64,000 nucleotides of DNA from Pseudomonadota bacterium (GTDB taxonomy: Archaea; Thermoplasmatota; SW-10-69-26; JACQPN01; JAJPHT01): assembly GCA_021325135.1 (NCBI GenBank), contig JAJPHT010000015.1:64001-128000 (forward strand), read 5' to 3'. The notes beneath the pieces were generated by a model that was given only the letters and a program-made list of their open reading frames with translations, was not told the DNA's origin and made no database searches. The first letter of the stretch is position 1. Every line of letters begins with the position of its first letter. The translations under genes and the position numbers were made by a program. Of the stretch, positions 1 through 8,754 are shown piece after piece.

Positions 1-534
1 TACATCGACCTCGTGAGCAACGTCGTCTATCGCTTCGACGGCCAGCGCGCCGAGCCCGTGGGCGCGGCCATCCCCGCCATCGGGTACGTCGAGGTCAGCG
101 CCCGCTATCACGTCTTCGCGTGCGCGACCTCCTCGCCCCTGCAGCAGTGCAGCGATCCCATGTGCGAGCAGTGGGTCGACTGCATCCACTGGCGGCTCTC
201 CGTGGTCGGTTGCCACGAGGCGCACCTTCGCGTCTGGCTCGACGATCAGGTGGACCCCTACGACTTCCCCTCCGTCCCGGCCCCCTGCACGCAGGGCAGC
301 TCGTTCATCCCGGGCGTGGGCATCCAGGGGGGCCGCGCCAAGGACGGGAACCTCGTGGGCGAGACGCTGACGCCGACCAACTACTACACGCACGACGACC
401 GGACGGAGACCATCTCCTTCCTCCCCGGCTACGCCTGCCCGCCCCACGACACGCCCGGCTCCGTGCACGCGCAGATCGTGATCGATGGCGCGCCCTACGC
501 CGACATGATCCAGACCATGCCTTGCGACGAGTGA
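1..534 (+). CDS. Cys-rich probably secreted protein (5' truncated by window), paralog of 51014..51784
   Basis: Frame open from base 1 (YIDLVSNVVYR...); shares YxDxVSxVVYR, GYxEx, CxxxRxxxxGCH and (V/I)DGxP...C blocks with 51014..51784. Confidence 0.75.
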   Translation, partial: YIDLVSNVVYRFDGQRAEPVGAAIPAIGYVEVSARYHVFACATSSPLQQCSDPMCEQWVDCIHWRLSVVGCHEAHLRVWLDDQVDPYDFPSVPAPCTQGSSFIPGVGIQGGRAKDGNLVGETLTPTNYYTHDDRTETISFLPGYACPPHDTPGSVHAQIVIDGAPYADMIQTMPCDE

Positions 535-538
535 TCCC

Positions 539-1117
539 ATGCGCTCCTGCCTCCTCCTGGCCGCCACCCTCCTGCTCGCGCCCCTCGTGCTCGCCGGCAC
601 GCAGCAGGCGCCCGAGATCACCGACGGCACCAACGACGTCCAGCCCGACAGCGCGGCGGGCGTCTGCACCGCGCGCGGCGCGCCGGAGATCGACGTGGTG
701 CGCGCGTGGTTCGACCCTGGCCCGGACGTCGTCTCCGTCTCGGTGGAGGTGGTGGACCTGTCCCACCGCGCGTTCGACGGCGAAGGGTTCAGCCTCGACG
801 TGGGGTTCCACTCGGGGACGGACGCGTTCACGCTGTGGAACGCGCTGGGCCCCGGCCCCGCCGACAACTTCTCGGCGCTCTTCGTCGACCACGCGGACGG
901 CACCAGCGAGGGGCACGCCATCCGCTGGTCCACGAGCGGCAACGTCGTCACCGCGGAGATCCCGCGCGCGTACCTCCCGGGAAGCGCGCTGACACACGTC
1001 CGCGCGTCGGGCCGGCTCTCCCAGCCTGGCGTGCTCGGGTTCTACGTCGTGGGCATGCCGTGGTTCTGCGACACGGCCCCTGACGTCGGCTACGGGCAGG
1101 ACGTCCCGCTGGGCTGA
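539..1117 (+). CDS. Secreted 'PEITD' protein, paralog of 51797..52360
   Basis: Signal peptide; motifs PEITDG, GAPEID, DxAPxxGYGxD shared with 51797..52360. Confidence 0.8.
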   Translation: MRSCLLLAATLLLAPLVLAGTQQAPEITDGTNDVQPDSAAGVCTARGAPEIDVVRAWFDPGPDVVSVSVEVVDLSHRAFDGEGFSLDVGFHSGTDAFTLWNALGPGPADNFSALFVDHADGTSEGHAIRWSTSGNVVTAEIPRAYLPGSALTHVRASGRLSQPGVLGFYVVGMPWFCDTAPDVGYGQDVPLG

Positions 1118-1165
1118 GAAAACAGGAGGTCGGGGCGCGGCGTGCCTGCGAGGCCGCGCCCCTGG

Positions 1166-1174
1166 TTTTTTTTT
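1166..1174 (+). terminator. Oligo-T archaeal terminator candidate
   Basis: T9 run between the convergent genes 539..1117 and 1177..1566. Confidence 0.5.
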
Positions 1175-1176
1175 GC

Positions 1177-1566
1177 TCAGTAGCGGCCCGGCTGGGTGCC
1201 CTTGGGCTGGCCCTGCCCGGTCTGGCCGGCGCCCACGTTGCCGCTGCGCGCCTGCTGGCCGGTCTGCTGGACGATCTGGGGCAGCTCCAGGACGAGGTTC
1301 TGCACCTTCTGCACGTCCTCGCGGCCGTCGTCCGTGATGGTGTACTTGTTGCCGTTCTGCCGGAGGTGTCCGGTCTGCGTGAGGATGTTCAGGCACTCGT
1401 CCAGGTGGTTCGTGCCCATCTGGAGGTTGCCCTTGAACACGCTCTGGATGTTCTCCTTGGTGATCTCGCCCTGCTGGGCGGTCTTGTTGAGGACGACGAA
1501 CTGCATGATCGCCATCTCGAAGCTCTTCACGAAAGGCTGCTGCTGGCCGGTGTTGGTGTTGACCAT
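1177..1566 (-). CDS. Small winged-helix-like protein with Q/N/G-rich tails
   Basis: LxxLxxxGHL...YTITDDGR wing motif typical of PadR/MarR-like wHTH; Q-rich C-terminus. Confidence 0.7.
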   Translation of the reverse strand: MVNTNTGQQQPFVKSFEMAIMQFVVLNKTAQQGEITKENIQSVFKGNLQMGTNHLDECLNILTQTGHLRQNGNKYTITDDGREDVQKVQNLVLELPQIVQQTGQQARSGNVGAGQTGQGQPKGTQPGRY

Positions 1567-1711
1567 GGGCTCGGAACCCCGGCGCAGAAGCCTGGCTGTC
1601 GGGTTTGCTTCTTCTGGAACAACGGGGGACGGCGCCCGTCCGCCTGGCGGCCAGGTTGTTTCGGCGCCCTGCTAGGCAGGGGCAAGGCCGGGGCGCGGCC
1701 TCCCCGCGGGC

Positions 1712-1885
1712 ATGCACCATCTCGTCAGCGCGAAGGCCGTCGTGGGCTCCGGCGACGCGACCGTCCTCCTGGAGGTCCAGGGCCGCTGCGTGCGCATCAA
1801 GCGCCGCGGCCAGCCCGAGGTCATGGTCCCCCTGGAGGCCGCCGCGGACGTGGGGCGCTTCCTGATGGCGGCGGCGAAGGCGTAG
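1712..1885 (+). CDS. Small hypothetical protein (57 aa, not in ORF track)
   Basis: ATG..TAG frame MHHLVSAKAVVGSGDATVLLEVQGRCVRIKRRGQPEVMVPLEAAADVGRFLMAAAKA with GC3-biased codons. Confidence 0.55.
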   Translation: MHHLVSAKAVVGSGDATVLLEVQGRCVRIKRRGQPEVMVPLEAAADVGRFLMAAAKA

Positions 1886-1933
1886 GGTCGCGGCCGGAAT
1901 AGCATTAAGAGCCCGCATTTCCCATCGAGCCTC

Positions 1934-2137
1934 GTGCAATACCAGGTGGTCCTGGAGTTCGATGAGGAGTCCCGCCACTACACGGCGACCGTCCCGGGTC
2001 TGCCCATCGTCGTCGACGCGACGAGCAAGCGCGAGGCCCTCAAGCTCGCACGCGAGGCCATCGCGTACTACGTTGAGGACGTCGGCGCGCAGTCCGCGCC
2101 CTCGATCCATGCCGAGGTCGTGACCGTCAAGGTGTAG
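1934..2137 (+). CDS. hicB: HicB family antitoxin (short, no DNA-binding domain)
   Basis: Y.VVLE.DE....YTATVPGLP.....T..EAL..AREAI signature; adjacent to HicA. Confidence 0.85.
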   Translation: MQYQVVLEFDEESRHYTATVPGLPIVVDATSKREALKLAREAIAYYVEDVGAQSAPSIHAEVVTVKV

Positions 2138-2140
2138 GCC

Positions 2141-2359
2141 GTGCTGCCGGGCGAGATCGACGGCCGGCGCTTCCTGCGCGCCATGGCCCGCCTTGGCTGG
2201 AGGGTCGTCAAGCAGCGCGGGAGCCACCGCACCCTCCAGAAGGCCGGCTCCGGCCAAATCCTCATCGTGGCATTCCACGAGACGCTGAGCCGGAACTCGG
2301 TCCGCCGGGCCCTAAGGGAAGCGGGCGTCCCGGAAGAGGAGTTCGAAGGCCGCCTCTGA
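2141..2359 (+). CDS. hicA: HicA family mRNA interferase toxin
   Basis: LGWRVVKQRGSH motif with catalytic His; 72 aa. Confidence 0.85.
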   Translation: MLPGEIDGRRFLRAMARLGWRVVKQRGSHRTLQKAGSGQILIVAFHETLSRNSVRRALREAGVPEEEFEGRL

Positions 2360-2400
2360 GCCCATCAGCTTCTTGACCCCGCACCGATGATGGCCGCCTT

Positions 2401-4392
2401 GTGAAGCCCAAGGAGGAGATGAGCGCCCTCGACGTCCGCGCGTGCGTCCGCGAGCTGAAAGGCTATCGCGGCGCCCGCGTCGACAAGGCGTACGAGATCG
2501 CGCCGGGCGAGCTTCTCCTCCGCGCTCGCGGCGGCGACCCGCCGCGCAAGGTCGACCTCTCGATCCTCGTGGGGAAGGCCGTGCATCTCACGACGCTGCC
2601 CCGCGAAGCGCCCGAGAAGCCCACCGCGTTCGTCATGAACCTGCGCAAGCACCTGGCCAACGCGTTCGTGGACGACGTGCGGCAGCACGGCTTCGATCGC
2701 GTCGTGGAGCTCGTCTCGAACCGCAAGGACGGCGTCTACGTCCTCGTGGTGGAGCTGTTCCACGACGGCAACGTCGTGCTGGTGAAGGACGACCGCATCG
2801 TGACCGCGCTCGCGCACCAGTCGTGGGCGACGCGCGAGGTGCGGCCCGGCGTGGAGTGGACCCCCGCGCCCGCGCGCGCCGACCCGTCCACGCTCTCCCT
2901 GGAGGAGTTCGCCGCCAAGGTCCGCGCGAGCAACGCCGACGCGGTGCGCACGCTCGCCACCGAGGGCAACCTGGGCGGCGCGTTCGCCGAGGAGGTCTGC
3001 GCGCAGGCGGGCGTTCCCAAGAACACGCCCGTCGCCGACCTCTCCTCCGCGCAGATCGCCGCGCTGCGCGACGCGCTCAAGGCATTGCTGGACCGCGTGG
3101 ACGCCGGCCCGCTGGAGCCCGTCGTCGCGCTCCGGGGCGAGGAGAAGGTGGACGTGGCGCCCTTCCCGCTGCGCGCGCACGAGGGGCTGACGCTCCAGCG
3201 CTTCGCGACCTTCCAGGAGGCGCTGGACGCCTACTTCGGGCGCTCCGTCACGACGGAGAAGGTGGACCCGCGGCTCAAGAAGCTCGCCGACGAGAAGGCC
3301 AAGGTCCAGCGCATGCTCGACGCGCAGGAGGCCGCGCTATCAAAATTCGCCAGGGAGGAGGCCGAGGCCAAGCGCAAGGCGGACCTGCTCTACGGCCACT
3401 TCGACGTGGTGCAGCGGCTCACGAAGACGCTCTGGGACGCGGGCAAGTCCCTGGGGTGGAAGGCCGTGCAGGAGCGCCTCAAGGAGGGGAGGAAGGCGGG
3501 CAACCCCGAGGCCGCGCTGGTGGAGAGCCTCAGCCCCAACGAGGGCGCGGCGGTCCTCTCCCTGGAGGACATGGGCGGGAAGAAGGGGCGCGTGCGCGTC
3601 GACCTGCGCAAGAGCGTGCAGGAGAACGCCGACGCGCAGTACGAGATGGCCAAGAAGATGCGCGCGAAGACGCAGGGCGCGATCGAGGCGCGCGAGCGCA
3701 CGCGGGCGCGCATGAAGGAATTGGACGAGCGCGGCCTGGAGATCGTGGCGCAGCTTGCCCAGAAGGCGGAGCGCAAGGCCGCGACGAAGCGCTTCTGGTT
3801 CGAGCAGTTCCGCTGGTTCTACACGAGCGACGGCCACCTCGTGCTGGCGGGGCGCGACGTCAAGGGCAACGAGCGCATCGTCGCGAAGCAGCTGGAGGAG
3901 CAGGACCGCTACCTCCACGCGGACGTGAGCGGCGCGCCCAGCACCGTCGTCAAGGCGAAGGACGGCGCGGTGTCGGAGACGGCGCTCCAGGAGGCGGCCG
4001 CGTTCGCGGCGTCGAACTCGCGCATCTGGAACGCGGGCCACGCGGCGGGCGAGGCCTACTGGGTCACGCCCTCGCAGGTGAGCAAGACGCCCAACCCGGG
4101 CGAGTACGTGGCCAAGGGGAGCTTCATCATCCGCGGCAAGCGCAACTTCCTGCGCGTGCCCATCCGGCTCGCCATCGGAGAGGTGGAGATCGAGGGCCAC
4201 CGCAAGGTCATGGGCGGGCCCGTGGAGGCGGTGGCGGCCCGCGCGACGCGCTACGTCGTGCTGGAGCCGGGGGACTCACCCACCAACCAGGTCGCCAACG
4301 AGCTGGCGGCGGCGCTGGGCGTCAACGTGGAGGAGGTCCAGGGCGTGATGCCGCCCGCGTCCGTGAGGATCGTCGAGCGGCACGGCCTCTAG
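2401..4392 (+). CDS. rqcH: Ribosome rescue protein RqcH/Rqc2 (NEMF/NFACT family)
   Basis: FVMNLRKHL, QHGFDRVV, ELFHDGNVVL, WFEQFRWFYTSDG..VLAGRD, YWV.PSQVSKTP..GEY..KGSFIIRGKRN. Confidence 0.93.
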   Translation: MKPKEEMSALDVRACVRELKGYRGARVDKAYEIAPGELLLRARGGDPPRKVDLSILVGKAVHLTTLPREAPEKPTAFVMNLRKHLANAFVDDVRQHGFDRVVELVSNRKDGVYVLVVELFHDGNVVLVKDDRIVTALAHQSWATREVRPGVEWTPAPARADPSTLSLEEFAAKVRASNADAVRTLATEGNLGGAFAEEVCAQAGVPKNTPVADLSSAQIAALRDALKALLDRVDAGPLEPVVALRGEEKVDVAPFPLRAHEGLTLQRFATFQEALDAYFGRSVTTEKVDPRLKKLADEKAKVQRMLDAQEAALSKFAREEAEAKRKADLLYGHFDVVQRLTKTLWDAGKSLGWKAVQERLKEGRKAGNPEAALVESLSPNEGAAVLSLEDMGGKKGRVRVDLRKSVQENADAQYEMAKKMRAKTQGAIEARERTRARMKELDERGLEIVAQLAQKAERKAATKRFWFEQFRWFYTSDGHLVLAGRDVKGNERIVAKQLEEQDRYLHADVSGAPSTVVKAKDGAVSETALQEAAAFAASNSRIWNAGHAAGEAYWVTPSQVSKTPNPGEYVAKGSFIIRGKRNFLRVPIRLAIGEVEIEGHRKVMGGPVEAVAARATRYVVLEPGDSPTNQVANELAAALGVNVEEVQGVMPPASVRIVERHGL

Positions 4393-4446
4393 CGGACTCA
4401 CGTCCCGTGAGCGCGCGGCCGCAAAAAGCCTGAAGTAGGGGGCGTC

Positions 4447-6243
4447 ATGCGCCGCGTGTCCCGTTCCAAGGACGAGATCGGCGAGCGGACGCGCTACCTG
4501 CGGCGTTGGACCCTGATGGGCGTCGCCATCGGCGCGGCCTCCGCCGCCGGCGCGCTCTTCCTCATCGCGGCCGTGAAGCTCGTCTCGGCGTGGACGCTGG
4601 GCGCCATGGCCGGCCTCACGCCCCCCGAGCCGGGCGGCGAGGCGGCGGCCGGCTACGTCTACCACGTCGCGCGCCCGTGGGCGATCCCGCTGGTCATGGG
4701 CGCGGGCGGGCTCGTGGGCGGCCTCCTCGTCTGGTGGCTCGCCCCCGAGACCGCAGGCGTCGGGACCAACGCGGCGATCCGGGCGTTCCACCAGCGCGAG
4801 GAGATCCCGCTCCGGACGCCGATCCTCAAGGTCGTCACGAGCGCCATCACCATCGGCACGGGGATGACCAGCGGCCGCGAAGGCCCCATCGCGCAGATCG
4901 GCGCCGGCACGGGAAGCTGGATGGGGCGCGTCTTCAGGCTCACGCCGCGCGAGCGGAACATCGCCCTGGCCGCGGGCCTGGGCGCGGGCATCTCGGCCAT
5001 GTTCAAGGCGCCCCTCGCGGGCGCCATCATCGGCGCGGAGATCTGGTATGCCGAGGACTTCGAGGTGGAGGCGCTCATCCCCGCCATCATCGCCTCCGTC
5101 GTGGGCTACGCCATCGTGGGCTACTTCGTGGGCTTCCAGCCCATCTTCGCCCTGGGGCGCGATCCCGCCGCGTTCGACCACCCCGCGACGCTCCTGCTCT
5201 ACGCCGCCCTGGGCGTCGCGTGCGCCATCGCGGCGCGCGCCCTCTTCGCGGTCTTCTTCCCCACGCAGCGCTTCTTCCGGCGGTTCCCGCTGCCCGTCGC
5301 GACCACGGTGGGCGGCCTCCTCACGGGCCTCGTCGCGCTCGCCGTCCCCTCCGTCGTGGGCACGGGCTACGGCTGGGTGCAGCTCGCGATCCTCAACGAC
5401 TACAGCGTGCTCGGCCCCCTCATGCTCCTGGCCGCCGCGGGCGCGGAGATCGTCTGCGCATCGCTGACGCTGGGCTCGGGGAACTCGGGCGGCATCTTCG
5501 GGCCCAGCGTCGTCATCGGCGGCCTCCTGGGCGCTTCGTTCGGCGCGGGCGCCGCCGCCCTCTTCCCCGGCGTCGTCTCGAACCCCGCCACGTTCGCCAT
5601 CGTGGGCATGGTGGCCTTCTTCGCCGCCACGGCGAAGGCGCCCATCAGCACCATCATCATGATCTCGGAGATGACCGGAGGCTACGGCCTGCTGGCGCCC
5701 GCGCTGGTGGCCGTCGCGGTCGCGTTCCTCCTCTCGGGGCACGGCACCATCTTCCCGGCCCAGGTGAGGACGCGTCTCCAGTCGCCCGCGCACGCCGAGG
5801 AGTTCCGGCCCCTGCGCCTGCGCGAGGTGCGCGTCGCCGACGCCATGACGCGCGAGCCATTGACGATCGACCCCGACGTGCCCGTCTCCCACGCGCTGGA
5901 TGCGCTCGTCAAGGCGCGCGTCGGAGGGCTGCCCGTCCTGGAGGAGGGCCGGCTCGTGGGCATGATCACGCGCACGGACGCCCTCAACGTGCGCGACTCG
6001 GCGCGCGCCCGGACGCCCGTGCGAGAGGCCATGACGACGGCGCTCGTCACGTGCCACCCGGACGAGGACCTCTTCACGGTGCTCGACCGGCTCATCGTCC
6101 ACGACGTGGGGCGCCTGCCCGTGGTCGAGCGCCACGCGCCCGACAAGCTCGTGGGGCTCCTGCGCCGCGCCGACGTGAGGAAGGCGGTCGCCGCGACGGA
6201 GGGGCCGGCGGCGCCCGCGGCGGAGCCGGGCCCCGCGCTCTGA
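4447..6243 (+). CDS. CLC chloride channel/antiporter with C-terminal CBS pair
   Basis: GREGP, FKAPLAG, SGGIFGP motifs; two CBS domains. Confidence 0.92.
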   Translation: MRRVSRSKDEIGERTRYLRRWTLMGVAIGAASAAGALFLIAAVKLVSAWTLGAMAGLTPPEPGGEAAAGYVYHVARPWAIPLVMGAGGLVGGLLVWWLAPETAGVGTNAAIRAFHQREEIPLRTPILKVVTSAITIGTGMTSGREGPIAQIGAGTGSWMGRVFRLTPRERNIALAAGLGAGISAMFKAPLAGAIIGAEIWYAEDFEVEALIPAIIASVVGYAIVGYFVGFQPIFALGRDPAAFDHPATLLLYAALGVACAIAARALFAVFFPTQRFFRRFPLPVATTVGGLLTGLVALAVPSVVGTGYGWVQLAILNDYSVLGPLMLLAAAGAEIVCASLTLGSGNSGGIFGPSVVIGGLLGASFGAGAAALFPGVVSNPATFAIVGMVAFFAATAKAPISTIIMISEMTGGYGLLAPALVAVAVAFLLSGHGTIFPAQVRTRLQSPAHAEEFRPLRLREVRVADAMTREPLTIDPDVPVSHALDALVKARVGGLPVLEEGRLVGMITRTDALNVRDSARARTPVREAMTTALVTCHPDEDLFTVLDRLIVHDVGRLPVVERHAPDKLVGLLRRADVRKAVAATEGPAAPAAEPGPAL

Positions 6244-6249
6244 GGCGGC

Positions 6250-6462
6250 TCAGGGGAAGCCGGGGCACGGGTCGGTGAAGCAGTCGGGCGAGAGCTCGCT
6301 GCTGCAGAAGCGGGCGCCCGTGAGGGTCGGCACGCAGACCAGCGACTGGCAGGTCGCAGGCGTCACCGCGTCGGAGCACGGGCCCGGGGCCTGGGCGGCG
6401 GCCGTGGCGGTGAAGGCGGCGAAGGCGAGAAGGAGTCCGGCAAGGAGCGTCGCAAGGCGCAT
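6250..6462 (-). CDS. Small secreted 6-Cys peptide (70 aa)
   Basis: MRLATLLAGLLLAFAAFTATAAA signal peptide followed by six Cys in about 45 aa. Confidence 0.65.
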   Translation of the reverse strand: MRLATLLAGLLLAFAAFTATAAAQAPGPCSDAVTPATCQSLVCVPTLTGARFCSSELSPDCFTDPCPGFP

Positions 6463-6490
6463 GCGCGGGGGCGAGCCCGATGGCGTCGCT

Positions 6491-7540
6491 TCAGGTCCTT
6501 GCGCGCGCACCCCGGCGGCTGCTGCGCACGACGTCGAACGCCTCGGGGCCCAGCACGAACCCGTCCGTGGGGAGCGTGTGCTCGTTGATGAAGACGAAGC
6601 GCAGCACGTAGCTCACGAAGAAGGAGAGCGGGAGCACGACCGCCGAGAGGGCGAGGCCCACCAGCGCGCCCGCGCCGACGCGGCCCAGCGCGTCCACGGC
6701 CCCGTCACCGTAAGCGAGCACCATGCCCGTCGCGGTAAGCACGCTGGGGATGGTGGAGAGGAGCACGGCCCACGACATGTTGCTCAGGCCCCACTGCGTG
6801 TCCATGGTCTTCGCGTAGCGCGAGCCCACGGCGAAGTCGCAGAGGCGATCGGCGAGCCCCTCCAGAGCCTCGCGCAGCGGCCCCTCGGGCGCGCTGCGGG
6901 CGAAGCGCTCCACGTAGTGCGTGGACACGTCCGTCTCGAAGTCCAGCGCGGCTACGAGGAGAGCGTCGGGGCTCGCCCGGCGCGCGTCCAGGGCCGCTGC
7001 GCATTCCACGGCGCGACGCTCGATGGCGTCGAGGAGGTCCCCCAGGGCCACCTCGTCCTCCCGCAGCGCGAGCGCCGTGCTCGGCGCGTTCCGCCGGGCG
7101 AGGCGCGCGTCCGCGGCGGCGGCCTCCAGGAGGCTGCGCAGGAAGTCGCCCAGCGGAAGGGGGACGTGGCCGCGGCCCGAGGCGCTCCTCACGCGCTCGC
7201 GGAAGCCGTGGTTCGCCTCCTCGCGCTCCTGCAGCGAGCGGACGCCCTTCATCTCGCGGCTGAGCGTCAGCGTCGCCACGGAGACGGCGATGGCCGAGGC
7301 GGTCGCGACGGCGGTCACGAAGCGCGCGAACGCCTCCTGCACGTTCTTCTGGCTCGTGACGGCCTTGGCCAGCTCCGCGGGCCCCGCCGCGACGGCCAGG
7401 AGGACGAGGACGAAGGGCAGGAGCGCGAGGCCGAAGGCGAAGAGCGGGCGGCTGAGGCGGTAGCCCACGAGGGCCCACGCCTTGGGCGCGCGGATGCGGT
7501 CGAGGAAGGGCTTCCGGACGCTGGCGAGCGCGTCGGCCAT
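6491..7540 (-). CDS. Conserved hypothetical membrane protein
   Basis: Two N-terminal and two C-terminal hydrophobic helices; GC3 bias. Confidence 0.75.
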   Translation of the reverse strand: MADALASVRKPFLDRIRAPKAWALVGYRLSRPLFAFGLALLPFVLVLLAVAAGPAELAKAVTSQKNVQEAFARFVTAVATASAIAVSVATLTLSREMKGVRSLQEREEANHGFRERVRSASGRGHVPLPLGDFLRSLLEAAAADARLARRNAPSTALALREDEVALGDLLDAIERRAVECAAALDARRASPDALLVAALDFETDVSTHYVERFARSAPEGPLREALEGLADRLCDFAVGSRYAKTMDTQWGLSNMSWAVLLSTIPSVLTATGMVLAYGDGAVDALGRVGAGALVGLALSAVVLPLSFFVSYVLRFVFINEHTLPTDGFVLGPEAFDVVRSSRRGARART

Positions 7541-7650
7541 GCGGGCTCCTCGCCGCAGGGCAGCTTGGCCGTCGTGGCCGTTTCGTCCATGGGCATCGAG
7601 GCGCGGGCGAGGGCGGAAGGCCTTTGGCGGGCGCGCCCGTTGGCCGGCCG

Positions 7651-8700
7651 TTGAAGGTCCTCGCCCGCGAGCCGGAGGAGGGGCGCGCCAGGCTGCGCGT
7701 CGACACGCTGGACGACCTCTGGCACCTGCACGAGCTGGCGCAGCCCGGCGACGTCGCCACCGCCCTCACGTGGCGCACCGCCGAGCTTGACGCGAAGGGC
7801 GCCGAGCGCGCGGGCAAGGCCGAGAAGCGCGCCATGACGCTCTCGGTGAAGGTCGAGCGCGTCGAGTGGGACGCCTTCTCCAACCGCCTGCGCCTCTTGG
7901 GCCCCATCGTCGAGGGTCCGCAGGACGTGGGAAGCTATCACACCCTGGTCGTCGAGCCCGGGGCCGAGCTGACGCTGCGCAAGCCCCGCGGCTTCCGCCC
8001 CCACGACTGGGAGCGCGTGGAGGAGGCCGTCGCGGCGACCCAGCGGCCGCTGGTCACGTTCCTCGCCATCGAGGAGAACGAGGCCGTCGTCGCCCTGCTG
8101 AGGCAGTACGGCGTCCAGCGCATGGCCGAGGTCTTCGGCCACCAGAGCGGCAAGCAGTACGCCACGGGCCGCGCCGAGGAGGAGGCGTTCTTCGACGAGG
8201 TCCTCATGGCGCTGCGCGACTACCGCCCCGAGGGCGCGCCGCTCCTCGTCGTGGGCCCGGGCTTCGCGAAGGAGCGCTTCCTTGCTCACGCCCGCGCGAA
8301 GCAGCCCGCCCTCGTCAAGGGCGCCGCGGTGGAGGCCACGGGGCAGGCCGGCATGGCGGGCGTCCACGAGGCGCTCAAGCGCGGCAGCGTCGAGCGCGTC
8401 GCCAAGGACTCGCGTGTGGCGCGCGAGACCGCCCTCGTCGAGCGATTCCTGGAGGCCTTGGGCAAGGGCGGCCTCGTGGCCTACGGCGCGGACGAGGTGC
8501 GCCGCGCGGCGGAGATGGGGGCGGCGGACGTCGTGCTCGTGGCGGACCACCTCGTGCGCGAGGGCCCCGGCGTCGCCTTCCTGGACCTCGCCCGCGGCAC
8601 GGGCGCGCAGGCTCACATCATCTCCACGCTCCACGAGGCGGGGCAGCGCTTCGACGCGCTGGGCGGGGTCGGCGCGCTCCTGCGTTACCCGCTCCCCTGA
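7651..8700 (+). CDS. pelA: mRNA surveillance protein pelota
   Basis: TLDDLWHL, F.NRLRLLG.I..GP...GSYHTL, VGPGFAKE, HEAG..F.ALGGVGALLRY; TTG start inferred. Confidence 0.95.
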   Translation: MKVLAREPEEGRARLRVDTLDDLWHLHELAQPGDVATALTWRTAELDAKGAERAGKAEKRAMTLSVKVERVEWDAFSNRLRLLGPIVEGPQDVGSYHTLVVEPGAELTLRKPRGFRPHDWERVEEAVAATQRPLVTFLAIEENEAVVALLRQYGVQRMAEVFGHQSGKQYATGRAEEEAFFDEVLMALRDYRPEGAPLLVVGPGFAKERFLAHARAKQPALVKGAAVEATGQAGMAGVHEALKRGSVERVAKDSRVARETALVERFLEALGKGGLVAYGADEVRRAAEMGAADVVLVADHLVREGPGVAFLDLARGTGAQAHIISTLHEAGQRFDALGGVGALLRYPLP

Positions 8701-8754
8701 GGCCCTGGGCCCCTGGGCGCAGGCTTACGCCCCGAGGCGGCCAGCGCGGGCGCG

